64,000 nt of DNA from Candidatus Zhuqueibacterota bacterium (GTDB lineage: Bacteria > Zhuqueibacterota > Zhuqueibacteria > Thermofontimicrobiales > Thermofontimicrobiaceae): assembly GCA_049322915.1 (NCBI GenBank), contig JBMOPW010000013.1:10098-74097 (forward strand), read 5' to 3'. Positions 49,075 to 58,844 of this stretch are shown here, piece by piece; the first letter of the stretch is position 1, and every line of letters begins with the position of its first letter. The notes under the pieces are model-generated. The model had not been told where the DNA came from and made no database searches. It saw only the letters and a program-made list of their open reading frames with translations. The position numbers were made by a program, and so were the translations under genes.

Positions 49075-50475
49075 TTATTTAAAATCTTCTTTCAGGATTC
49101 CGTAGCGATGCATCAGTTTATTCAATTGCCTCTCTCCAATCCCGGCTTCTTTGGCGGTGAGATTGATTTTTCCATGATGCCGGGTGAGGAGGTCGATTAT
49201 ATATTGTTTCTCCACCCGGTCGATTTCGCGCTGCCGAACCTGTGTCAAAGTCAATGTGCTTTCAGCAGCCATCACTTTGCTCTTCTTCTTGCCATTTTTG
49301 AATAGCTCAGCCGGGAAGCTTTTCGGCATCAGAATAGAGGACGACTCCAAAATATAGGCGCGCTCGATTAAATTTTCCAGTTCCCGGATATTGCCGGGCC
49401 AGGCGTAACATTGAAACGCCTCCAGCACATCGGGATGAACGTCGTTGATGTGCTTGGCATTGGCTTTATTGAGTCGCTTCAAAAAATTTTCGACCAGGAT
49501 GGGAATATCTTCAATCCGCTGCTCAAGCCGTGGCAGTTCGATGGGGAAAACATTGAGCCGATAAAACAGATCGTTTCTGAAGGTGCTCAATTCGACCATT
49601 TTCTGCAAATCGGAATTTGTGGCCGCCAGAATTCGGACGTCGGCTTTGATGACATTCTCTCCGCCCACTCGCTGAAATGTCCTATCCTGCAACACCTGCA
49701 GGAGCGCAATTTGCATCGAGGAGGAGATGGTGCCGATCTCATCCAGAAAAATGGTCCCGCCATGGGCTATTTCAAACTTGCCAAGCTTGCGTCGGATCGC
49801 TCCGGTGAAAGCGCCTTTCTCGTGGCCAAACAGCTCGCTCTCCAGCAATGACTCGATAATGCCGCCGCAATGAACGCTGATGTATTGCTTCTCACTGCGC
49901 TTGCTGTGCTGATGCAACAATCCGGCAATGACGCTTTTGCCTGTTCCTGTTTCGCCTGTGATCAATACTGTGCTTTCGGTCGGAGCGACCGCCCGAATTT
50001 TTGAAAATACTTCTTTCATCAGCGGGCTGTTGGAACGAAGCACGGATAAATACTCGCTGCGCCAGAACCGATCGCGCAGATAATTGAGCTCGGAATTCAT
50101 GCGCGAGTATTCCTGAAGGCTATCCACGATGTATTTGATCTCATCTGGATTGAGGGGGTACATCAGGTAATTGCTGGCGCCGGCCTTCACGGCATTGACC
50201 GTGTCGCGAACCATTTGCGGCGTTGAGAGCACGATAATATCCACATCCGAGGTGCCTCGCCAGAATGGCAAAAACTGGACTTTGTAGTCCACGTCGCTCT
50301 TCGAGTTCTTCAATATCTCGATATCAATGAAAAGAAACTCATATCGCTTTTTAGAAAATAATTCTTCGCCGGCCTCAAGTGTCTGCGCGTAATCGATTTT
50401 ATATCCGGATTCAAAACATTTCTGGATAGTCTCCACTGCTTCCTGATTTGTTGTGGTGACGAGTATACTTTTCAT
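49075..50475 (-). CDS. sigma54-dependent transcriptional activator (REC-AAA+-HTH)
   Basis: GETGTGKS, ESELFGHEKGAFTGA, FLDEI, WPGNIRELEN, C-terminal HTH. Confidence 0.95.
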   Translation of the reverse strand: MKSILVTTTNQEAVETIQKCFESGYKIDYAQTLEAGEELFSKKRYEFLFIDIEILKNSKSDVDYKVQFLPFWRGTSDVDIIVLSTPQMVRDTVNAVKAGASNYLMYPLNPDEIKYIVDSLQEYSRMNSELNYLRDRFWRSEYLSVLRSNSPLMKEVFSKIRAVAPTESTVLITGETGTGKSVIAGLLHQHSKRSEKQYISVHCGGIIESLLESELFGHEKGAFTGAIRRKLGKFEIAHGGTIFLDEIGTISSSMQIALLQVLQDRTFQRVGGENVIKADVRILAATNSDLQKMVELSTFRNDLFYRLNVFPIELPRLEQRIEDIPILVENFLKRLNKANAKHINDVHPDVLEAFQCYAWPGNIRELENLIERAYILESSSILMPKSFPAELFKNGKKKSKVMAAESTLTLTQVRQREIDRVEKQYIIDLLTRHHGKINLTAKEAGIGERQLNKLMHRYGILKEDFK

Positions 50476-50476
50476 C

Positions 50477-51391
50477 TCAGCCTTTGATTTTGTGTTGGAC
50501 ATAATCAACAATATGGTTCACAATATGATTAACCACGGGTTCCGGCACACCATCCCGGTGGCTCGATTTCAATCGCATGTCGCAGATTTCGTTCACATAA
50601 TCAATCACAATAAATTTCCCATATTGATCGACTGCGATTTCAGTGGAAAAAAAGTTCAACTTGATTATCCTGGATATTTGCTCAACAATATGGAAGAGAC
50701 TCTCCAACTGATACATTCTTACGGACTCCTGGCTCAGGACTTCGTAGATGTGGGTTGAATCATCCCACCAACAGCACTCGATATATCCGCAGCAATAGAA
50801 CACCCGAAACCAGAATCGTTTCTCATCCTTTTCGACCGGGTTTACCTTTTCCTGCAGCAGATATTTATCGGTCTCGTAGACCTGTCTGGCAATGAGAACG
50901 TCGTGCAGCGTCTCAGCGCCATTGACCACACCGATACCGCCGCCGGTGGTATTTGCTGGTTTAATGATGAACGGCCGCCCCAGATTTGCCAGATCTGCGA
51001 TGGATAATAAGACGTTTTTCGTTTTATTGAATGGCGGAATGATGATGGTGTGCGGCGTGACCAATCCATGTGCGATAAATTCCAAATGCATGGTCGCCTT
51101 ATCAGACGCCCACTTCAATTGTTCCCATGAATCCAATACCGGCACGTGGTGATTCAGCATCAGTGTGTGGAGCTCCAGGAATTCCGTGGACGAATCAGAA
51201 CCCCGATCATAAAAGAAGTGAAACTGCACCTCTCCCTTGCGAACTCGCTCAATGGTCTCCTGAAGATTAAACGCCTCCACCAGAAAGGTTGTCATGTTAT
51301 ATTTTTCATGGGCTGCGCGTTCAATCATGTGAATAAATTCTTTGTCATATTCCCAGTCGGTTGCCACACAAAAATCATAACACTGCGTCAT
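50477..51391 (-). CDS. ATP-grasp fold protein of unknown function
   Basis: DKA, PFIIKPA..GGGIGV, LLQEKV, FFSTEIA, IDYVN. Confidence 0.7.
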   Translation of the reverse strand: MTQCYDFCVATDWEYDKEFIHMIERAAHEKYNMTTFLVEAFNLQETIERVRKGEVQFHFFYDRGSDSSTEFLELHTLMLNHHVPVLDSWEQLKWASDKATMHLEFIAHGLVTPHTIIIPPFNKTKNVLLSIADLANLGRPFIIKPANTTGGGIGVVNGAETLHDVLIARQVYETDKYLLQEKVNPVEKDEKRFWFRVFYCCGYIECCWWDDSTHIYEVLSQESVRMYQLESLFHIVEQISRIIKLNFFSTEIAVDQYGKFIVIDYVNEICDMRLKSSHRDGVPEPVVNHIVNHIVDYVQHKIKG

Positions 51392-51686
51392 TCTTCACCT
51401 GTAGCTTTCTCCCCTCTGCTTTCCGTAAGGCATTTCCTTTGCATGATTTATTCATCACCGCAGAACCGCGTTCGCCTCCGCAATAAAATGAACTCCTCCT
51501 GAATCTTCGAACATTGAGTCTGTTTCAAAAGGGACAGTCGTGAACATGATATCGGACTGATAACCGCTGGAATGGTCCGAGTGCAATTCTGATTTTTCAT
51601 TGATTTTTCTAACACGGCGGATAATAACATGCGCCATCCTTTTTTTTGCCGGACGTTCTTGCAGTGTTTTCAGTGAGGCCGGGCGC

Positions 51687-52754
51687 CTAAAGCCATCGCT
51701 TTCTCTGAAAGTAGAGCAGCATGATTCCGGCGATGATGGCCATAATCAGCACAATAAGCGGATAACCCATGTGCCACTTCAATTCTGGCATGAAATTAAA
51801 ATTCATCCCATAGATGCCAGCGATAAATGTGAGCGGAATGAAGATCGTGGAAATAATCGTCAGCACTTTCATAATTTCATTCATTCGGTTGCTGTTCACA
51901 GAAAGGTACATTTCCAGCAGCCCGGCTGCAATATCCCGATAACTCTCAATTGTATCAATGGCCTGAATCGTATGGTCGTAAACATCCCGGAAGTAGGGGA
52001 TGGTTGTTGTATGAAACAATTTGGATTCTGACCGTTCCAGCCCGCCAACAACTTCTCTCAATGGCCAGATGGACTTGCGCAACGATATTAGTTTTCGCTT
52101 CAACGTATGAATACTGTGCAATGTCTCGGACGTGGGCTGCTCCACCAGCTCTGCCTCCAACACCTCGATGTAATCGCCAAGCTTTTCCAGGATGACGAAA
52201 TAATTGTCTACCACCGCGTCGATCAGGGAATAGGCTAAATAATCGGATTTGCTCTGCCGAATGCGCGAATGGCCAACCCGTATCCTCTCGCGCACTGGAT
52301 CGAACTCATCGCCTTCCCGCTCCTGAAACGTGATGACAAAATCTTTACCCACGATCAGACTGAGTTGCTCGTCGATAATTTCATTTCTAAGCTCGTCGTA
52401 CAGCAACATTTTCAGCACGACGTACATGTAAGTACCGAGGTCCTCGAATTTCGGGCGCTGACCGGTATGAAGAATGTCTTCCAGGATGAGCGGATGGATT
52501 TCAAATTTTTTCCCGAGTTTGTCCACAATGCTGACATCGTGGAGGCCATCGATGTTGATCCATGTCAGACTGGGCTTTTCATGATACGGGTAACAGTCCT
52601 CTACGCGCTCGACTTCCTTTTCCTCGAGATTCGTTTCATCGAAATCGAAAACAGAAATACGGGTCTTCTCGGTCTTTTTTTCGCCCACGTGGATGAGCGT
52701 CCCCGGCGGAAGTCCCACTTTTCGGGACGCTTCTTTCATGTATCTCGTTGCCAT
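51687..52754 (-). CDS. corA: Magnesium/cobalt transporter CorA
   Basis: GLPPGTL, QRPK, YGMNF..MPEL. Confidence 0.95.
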   Translation of the reverse strand: MATRYMKEASRKVGLPPGTLIHVGEKKTEKTRISVFDFDETNLEEKEVERVEDCYPYHEKPSLTWINIDGLHDVSIVDKLGKKFEIHPLILEDILHTGQRPKFEDLGTYMYVVLKMLLYDELRNEIIDEQLSLIVGKDFVITFQEREGDEFDPVRERIRVGHSRIRQSKSDYLAYSLIDAVVDNYFVILEKLGDYIEVLEAELVEQPTSETLHSIHTLKRKLISLRKSIWPLREVVGGLERSESKLFHTTTIPYFRDVYDHTIQAIDTIESYRDIAAGLLEMYLSVNSNRMNEIMKVLTIISTIFIPLTFIAGIYGMNFNFMPELKWHMGYPLIVLIMAIIAGIMLLYFQRKRWL

Positions 52755-52879
52755 ACGTCTCCAATTTGATGGCAATACTGATTCGGGTGAATTCTGTCAA
52801 TGCTCTGTCCGCACGACGCTCGCATGAATATTCAATTGTGACAAGCGGCGAATGAACCTGGCGGCGCCGAATAATGGCT

Positions 52880-53071
52880 TCACCTTTTCTTCGATTTTGC
52901 CGCAATGTAGCCCAGGATGAATCCAATGATTAAAATCATCGGGATGAAAATAATGCGGGACATGGTTAAATCCCAGAGCAAGAACCGCAACGTCACCACA
53001 CTGATATTTTGAATGACGATGATCAGTATCAGCGCGATGAGCACCAGAGCGAGCACCATTTTTGCTTTCAA
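52880..53071 (-). CDS. LapA-family small membrane protein
   Basis: Two TM helices with IQN...V..RFL.W motif; GGAGG RBS. Confidence 0.75.
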   Translation of the reverse strand: MKAKMVLALVLIALILIIVIQNISVVTLRFLLWDLTMSRIIFIPMILIIGFILGYIAAKSKKR

Positions 53072-53101
53072 ACTTTCCCTCCGTGTCTCGTTTGTGAACC
53101 A

Positions 53102-53788
53102 TCACTTTTCTGATTCATTTTTTTTGCTGATGGTGTGGATTTCAACACCGACAGCGCTTATCTCCTGGCCGATTTTATCGGAAGTCCTGGCTATTCCACT
53201 TTTCAGTCGACTCGCCAGATCGCGGGAATTCTGAATCAGGCGCTCGAATCCCGATTCCACGCGATCCCCGGCCCATCTGGCGGCATGCTTCAGATTATCG
53301 GACGTCTCTTCCAACTCCTGCCCGGCCTGCGCGTAATTTTTCTGAGCCCAGGATTGCACCGCTTTTTTCTGGTACATAGTTGAGAAATACAGGTACACAT
53401 TCGCAAATGATTTTCTCAAACGATTGATGCTTGTAATAGTTCCATTTTCGATGTCGTCGGCCAGGCGGGACAGACCTTCGCGCGTGGCTTGCAGCGCTTC
53501 CACCTCCTCCGGAATAAGCTGCACTGATGGCTTCAACGCTAGAGCGCTTTTTCGAATCTCCTCCGCAGCTGATTTTCTGTCCCCGGCTTCGAACCGGGCT
53601 TCGGCCTGCAGGAAATGTTGTTCCATCGTATCGGCGCTGGCAGGTGTGGCCGGTGCTGTTACGGAATCAGGAGAATGCATCGTCTCCTGTGGCAGTTCAG
53701 AATTGTTCAGCCGAAACAGGACAATTACCAGGACAATGATGACTATCGTCAGGATCAGCGCGCGTCGCGACGATTTTCTTTCACTCAT
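53102..53788 (-). CDS. Membrane-anchored helical protein (YfdX-like, tentative)
   Basis: N-terminal TM, Ala-rich amphipathic helices; AGGAGA RBS. Confidence 0.55.
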   Translation of the reverse strand: MSERKSSRRALILTIVIIVLVIVLFRLNNSELPQETMHSPDSVTAPATPASADTMEQHFLQAEARFEAGDRKSAAEEIRKSALALKPSVQLIPEEVEALQATREGLSRLADDIENGTITSINRLRKSFANVYLYFSTMYQKKAVQSWAQKNYAQAGQELEETSDNLKHAARWAGDRVESGFERLIQNSRDLASRLKSGIARTSDKIGQEISAVGVEIHTISKKNESEK

Positions 53789-53965
53789 AAATCTCTCCTT
53801 TCGACCTTAACCCCGAGCTATCGGCGGTGATCCCGCACCATCCATCGCTGCAACAACGTCCCAATCTTCATTTCATCCCGTCGCCCCGCTTCGAATCTCA
53901 CTCAACGTCAGGCAGCAATCACCCGCTCCGGGGAACTGCATTTTTTCGCTGAAAAATATTACAGG

Positions 53966-53994
53966 AAGATAGTAAAATTTGAAACCGTTGTCAA
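53966..53994 (-). promoter_or_regulatory. sigma70 promoter
   Basis: TTGACA-17bp-TATCTT. Confidence 0.65.
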
Positions 53995-54079
53995 TGTAAA
54001 ATTAGAAAAATTATATCCCGAGACCGAGTCAGCCAGCATGCGTCAGTTGGCTGGCGCCATCATTTCAGAGTGGAGAAAA

Positions 54080-55144
54080 TCACTGCGCGGAATTTCTGTC
54101 TCGCACCAGCGGCTTCCAGACAACATCCCGGCGAATCGACAGCTTCGTCAAAAACCGTCCGACCACTTCCGTTTCCAATCGTTCCCATTCCTGTTCATTT
54201 TCTTCCGTGCAGGGAATCTGACCGCCGGCCATGCGCGGATGTCCCCCGGCAGAGCCCATCGTGCCGACGATCTGCTTGAGCATTTTTCCGGCGTGAGCCT
54301 GAGGATGGTTGCAGCGCATCGAAATGAACAGTTGCTCATGATAACGCCCGGTCACCAGCGACCAGCCCATGCGCTCATGCCGCAGTAGCAGATCGGCGAT
54401 CAGCGCGACAAATTCGGGCGAGGCAACTTCTTTCAAATGGACATGAATGAGGTGCTGGAAAATCTTTGCCTGTTGAAGCGCCGTAAACAGCATCGAATAA
54501 TACTGGTTCGGCAGACTGGGGTGAAATATTTTTGCCAGTTTGTGCTTGTTGGCTTTCTCGTAGACCGATAAATAGGTATCGATATCCGCCTGGGAGACAT
54601 CCCGACCCAATTCCTGAGTTTCCGTGCGAATGGCGTAAGTCACCGCTGTGGCAATATCGACGAGGATTTCCAGGCCGGCAGCGTGAAGATATTCGATCAG
54701 CATGGTGGCGCTGGCGCCGTATTCCGGACGCACGTCCGCCAATTGCACATGTGCCAGGTCGCCGCCCCGATGGTGATCAAAAACCATGGCAGGAACAAGC
54801 TGTCGGGAGAGACTGTTATTGCCAAAACCAGGCTGGGTATCCACCATGGCGATCAAACTGTGTTTATCCAGCCGAACTCCGGAAATGGGTAAGACGTGGA
54901 GTTTCAGTTGCTGAACCATGGCCCGATTCTCCGCTCGCGTGATGACGCCTCCGTAGACAATCCGGGGACGGACCCCGTATCGGTTTCGCACCAGATAGGA
55001 AAGAATCATCGCGCTGGCCAGCGCATCCGGGTCAGGATAATCATGCATCACGATGGTGAGAGTCTCTCGTCCGTGGATTATGCGATCGAGTCGCTTCAGA
55101 TTCTGACCTGCAACATCTCCTGATTTGTTCACCGTGATGAACAC
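54080..55144 (-). CDS. DHH/DHHA1 family phosphoesterase
   Basis: H..PDPDA, VD, DHH, GSAGGH..MAGG. Confidence 0.9.
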   Translation of the reverse strand: MFITVNKSGDVAGQNLKRLDRIIHGRETLTIVMHDYPDPDALASAMILSYLVRNRYGVRPRIVYGGVITRAENRAMVQQLKLHVLPISGVRLDKHSLIAMVDTQPGFGNNSLSRQLVPAMVFDHHRGGDLAHVQLADVRPEYGASATMLIEYLHAAGLEILVDIATAVTYAIRTETQELGRDVSQADIDTYLSVYEKANKHKLAKIFHPSLPNQYYSMLFTALQQAKIFQHLIHVHLKEVASPEFVALIADLLLRHERMGWSLVTGRYHEQLFISMRCNHPQAHAGKMLKQIVGTMGSAGGHPRMAGGQIPCTEENEQEWERLETEVVGRFLTKLSIRRDVVWKPLVRDRNSAQ

Positions 55145-55256
55145 CTCCGAAATTATGTGGAACCGAATGAGACGCCTGCATCCGGCCGACCAGCCCTGCC
55201 CACTCAGGTTTCCCTGATTGAGCGCCAGCTATGAGCTGGCGAATGAAACGCACCGC

Positions 55257-55853
55257 TCATTTGCCGTTCTTTTCAAATTTCAATTGACTCCAAAACCTGA
55301 GCCGATTTTTTTCACTGGTCAAAGGAAAGACTGTCTCCCGCGCCATTCGCACGTCTTCCACGGAATAGAACGCATTGGGACTGAATCGATTCACCATGCC
55401 CAGGACGGTCTGAAGTTCTTTCCGTTGTATCACCGTGAAAATAATTTTGACGACGCCGGTCAATCCCTCGCCATTCACGATAGTCACGCCATAGCCTGCT
55501 TTTTTCATGGCGGCAATTAATTCGCTCGCATCCCGGCGCGTAATGATGCGCACAACCTGAATGCCAATGGCCAGCTTCTGCTCCAGCGACATCCCGATGT
55601 AACTGCCGGTAGCAAATCCCCCGGCATAGGCCAGATAGCACAACGAGTTATTGAGATTATTGAATATCTGCCGAATTGCCAGCAGCCAGATGAGCACTTC
55701 GACGAATCCCAGACAGGAAGCCAGTCTCCTTTTTCCGCGCGAAACGTACATGATTCGGAGCGTGCCCATGGATACATCGATAATTCGCGCAGAAAAAATG
55801 AGCATCGGGAGAACCACCCAATTGAAAACGGTCGAGTCCATTAATAAATCCAC
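55257..55853 (-). CDS. DUF5698/DUF2179 membrane protein (paralog 2)
   Basis: IF.ARI.DVS.GTLR, GFVEV.IW, GYGVT..GEG..G. Confidence 0.88.
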   Translation of the reverse strand: MDLLMDSTVFNWVVLPMLIFSARIIDVSMGTLRIMYVSRGKRRLASCLGFVEVLIWLLAIRQIFNNLNNSLCYLAYAGGFATGSYIGMSLEQKLAIGIQVVRIITRRDASELIAAMKKAGYGVTIVNGEGLTGVVKIIFTVIQRKELQTVLGMVNRFSPNAFYSVEDVRMARETVFPLTSEKNRLRFWSQLKFEKNGK

Positions 55854-55983
55854 TGCTCTTCACCTCACGTGTGAGTCGATTGATTGTTCATTTGTCCAGG
55901 GGGACATACGTTAAAAAAAAAGAGTAACCCCCCGCTATGGCTACTCCTCGATTCTGTCCATTCTGCCGCTCATCGCGTCGTCG

Positions 55984-56349
55984 TTATTCTTCTTTGAGAA
56001 CTTTGAATTCACGCACTGAAATGATGAAAACCCCATCGTCATCCTTCACGACGATGCCGGTTGCCAGGACGTCCCGCCCGACAAAGTTCGTCAATTCCTT
56101 GCCTTTCTTGTTTTCAGTAACCAGATAATCGATGACGTATTCCTCCTCTGTGGTGTCCCCGGGAATGACCGTCACGGAGATGGCGATGGAAATGACGTTA
56201 TCATTCTCATCCCACTCCGTCCCGATGACCATCCCCTCGATGGTCGTCTCCTTCGCTTTTTCCTGGCTATAGACATCGCTGGACAGGATGGCCAATGCCA
56301 GCAGCGTAACACTCAAAAGCCCGACTAAGTAACTGCACTGTGTTTTCAT
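55984..56349 (-). CDS. Small secreted acidic protein, probable OB-fold
   Basis: Signal peptide; beta-rich with L..FVG..V.ATG.V pattern. Confidence 0.6.
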   Translation of the reverse strand: MKTQCSYLVGLLSVTLLALAILSSDVYSQEKAKETTIEGMVIGTEWDENDNVISIAISVTVIPGDTTEEEYVIDYLVTENKKGKELTNFVGRDVLATGIVVKDDDGVFIISVREFKVLKEE

Positions 56350-56986
56350 TTCATATCCCTTTCAAATGGACGATGCGATCAAATTCAGCTTTAGTAAATG
56401 CGAACTACCGGCTCAGGACAGCCTCAGTGTTTGCGCTCCAACCTTCTTTCAAATCGATGCTACGCTCCAATCGATTTGAATTTCTGTGTCGTTACTATCG
56501 ACGATTCAACCTCAATGAAGTGCTGCAACCCTGATCTCAGGCGCAGTGACACCCTCCCCATGCTGCTCTGCGGGAAGGAGATTTTCGGATCCGATGCGTT
56601 GTATTAAAATGAGTTGCAATTCATATCGAATAAAAAGGACATGCTCGCCCGTATCCATGCCCGTTAAAACTTTACAAAGACAATTCATTTGAAGAAAAAA
56701 CTACCGGGTTAATATACACTTTGTACAACAAAATGCAAGTACGATTTTTCATAGACCAATAAAATGATGATTCCACGCATCTCAGCGCCAATCGACCGCA
56801 GACTGATTCCCGGGTGGGCGTCATGGTTTGCCGGAATTGATGTCGCCAGGGCCTCGTCATCTCCCAGACACATCTTCAATGGCTAAATTGTCAGCGGTGA
56901 TTGATCGAACCGCGGCAGGATTTTCAGAGGATTCTCCTTCCGCGCGGTTCCCGGAAATCGACGGGCGCGGAAGGAGTTTCACATAT

Positions 56987-58813
56987 CTATTCCAGGTAAT
57001 CGGAAAATTGCTTCCTGAAATCCCTTTCGATGAAGATGTCCCACCATAGCGTTAACAGCAACAAGTTCAAGAGTTGATTTCCCCGAATCTGATCGAACCA
57101 GAACCAGTAACTCCCTTTGTCGGACGACGCGTCGAACGCCTCGAAAAATGCATTCAGGAATTTCGGATTGAACATGGCGCGGGCGGCCTCGGACTCCCTG
57201 ATGTACTGAAATAATTTATGACGCAGCGCGTTATCCGCGAACATAACGCCCAGAGGTGCAAATCCCCCCTGTTTCTTTCGGCCCGACACTTCCGCCGGCA
57301 GTTTTGATTTCACGGTCTTCTTGAGCAAAAATTTGCTCACGCCGCGCCCCTGCATCAGTTCTTTCAGCGAGCCCTTTGTCTTCAACTGGCGCGGCAGTCG
57401 CGTCAGGAACCGATACATTTCCAGATCCATGTACGGGAACGTCAATGGCACACCGTGCAATTCCGACATGCGCGCTGCTTTGTACAGAATGGCCTCATTG
57501 GCGATTGTCCGGATATCGATGTAAAAATTCCGCAGATTGTACAGCTCATCAAAATTGTGATACTTCCTCCAGCCGTTGGCATCGTCCTTCATCTTCAGAT
57601 TGAGCAGTTGTCCGATGTGCTGCTGGGAAAATCCAAAATTTTCCCGGTCGAGCACGTCCAGAATGGCGCGATTATGGAAGCGGAACCGGAACAGCACATT
57701 ATCTTGCTGGAAAAAAGACAGATGAGACAGCGACTGCGCCATCCTCTGCACCAACTGGAAACCATATTTTCTGCCCAGGAAATGCAGGGCGATCTGCTGC
57801 GATGCTGTCCCAAAGAGCTGGTCATTGCCATCGCCGCCCATGACTACCGGCAGCGTGGGATCCACAGATTTCATGGCCATATAATTGATGAAAAATCCCT
57901 GTTCCGCGAACGGTTCACCAAAATGTCGTACAATTTCCGGCAGGTAATCAATCTCAGAACCATCCAGAAGATAGGCATTGAATTCAGCGTCGAAGGTCTC
58001 CGCCATTTTCTTGGCAAATGGCAATTCCGACCAGGGATTATCCCTGAAGCCGATGGAATAGCTTTTGATTTTTCCACCGTAAACATCGCGCAGCGCGGCA
58101 ATGACTCCGCCGGAATCATACCCGCCGCTCAGCAAAACTCCGACTGTCGAATGGTCTTTGATGCGCCGTTGAATCGCCCGGTGCAGCAGCGATATGTATT
58201 GCTCCGCAGCCTCGTCCTCGGAGATGGCCATTTTCTGCTGGTTGAAATCGCTGTAATCGAACAGCGAATCGACCGTGATGGTCTTATCCCGATAAATGAG
58301 AACACCGCCCGGGCTGAGTTTTCTGACTCCCTGAAAAATCGTCCCCGGGGAAATGACAAAACAGCCGTACAGAAACGACGACGCTGCATCCATATCAATT
58401 TTCGGGCTGAATGACTGGAATGCCTGCAACTCGTCCATCGAACTGGCAAAGTACTCGTTGGTGAAAAAGAATCGCGGGCCAATGCCGTTCTTGTCCCGCA
58501 GAACATACATGCTCGATCCGTCCGAAATAATCACCAGAAATTTTCCATCGACCTGTTTGAAGCCATCCAACCCTTTGGTCAGAAACAGGCGCAGCAACAG
58601 TTTCTCAGTGGGTACGCCGGGGGATGCCAGTGCTTTCTCCAAATCCGGCGCGTTGTAAATTTCGCCCCAGAAGAACAATTCGGCCGAATCTTTATTTGCA
58701 AAGCAGCAGTTGTTAGCCAGGATATTTCCTCTGGATTGGCTGAATGCGTCCGGCTGGTTCACCGATCCAGCCACATCACGATGCCTGTCGAAATGGCCAA
58801 TAAATGAATTCAC
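56987..58813 (-). CDS. Asparagine-synthase-like amidotransferase/amide ligase
   Basis: RD..G, LSGGYDSG PP-loop, GDG.DQLFG, FPY.D, RKKQG; no N-terminal Cys. Confidence 0.85.
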   Translation of the reverse strand: MNSFIGHFDRHRDVAGSVNQPDAFSQSRGNILANNCCFANKDSAELFFWGEIYNAPDLEKALASPGVPTEKLLLRLFLTKGLDGFKQVDGKFLVIISDGSSMYVLRDKNGIGPRFFFTNEYFASSMDELQAFQSFSPKIDMDAASSFLYGCFVISPGTIFQGVRKLSPGGVLIYRDKTITVDSLFDYSDFNQQKMAISEDEAAEQYISLLHRAIQRRIKDHSTVGVLLSGGYDSGGVIAALRDVYGGKIKSYSIGFRDNPWSELPFAKKMAETFDAEFNAYLLDGSEIDYLPEIVRHFGEPFAEQGFFINYMAMKSVDPTLPVVMGGDGNDQLFGTASQQIALHFLGRKYGFQLVQRMAQSLSHLSFFQQDNVLFRFRFHNRAILDVLDRENFGFSQQHIGQLLNLKMKDDANGWRKYHNFDELYNLRNFYIDIRTIANEAILYKAARMSELHGVPLTFPYMDLEMYRFLTRLPRQLKTKGSLKELMQGRGVSKFLLKKTVKSKLPAEVSGRKKQGGFAPLGVMFADNALRHKLFQYIRESEAARAMFNPKFLNAFFEAFDASSDKGSYWFWFDQIRGNQLLNLLLLTLWWDIFIERDFRKQFSDYLE

Positions 58814-58844
58814 GCGTTTCCTCTCCTTTTATAATTTTTTTCAA

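Noticed and set aside
56987-58813. Lasso peptide cyclase
   Set aside because: No RRE/PqqD, B-protease or precursor peptide adjacent; context is polysaccharide biosynthesis
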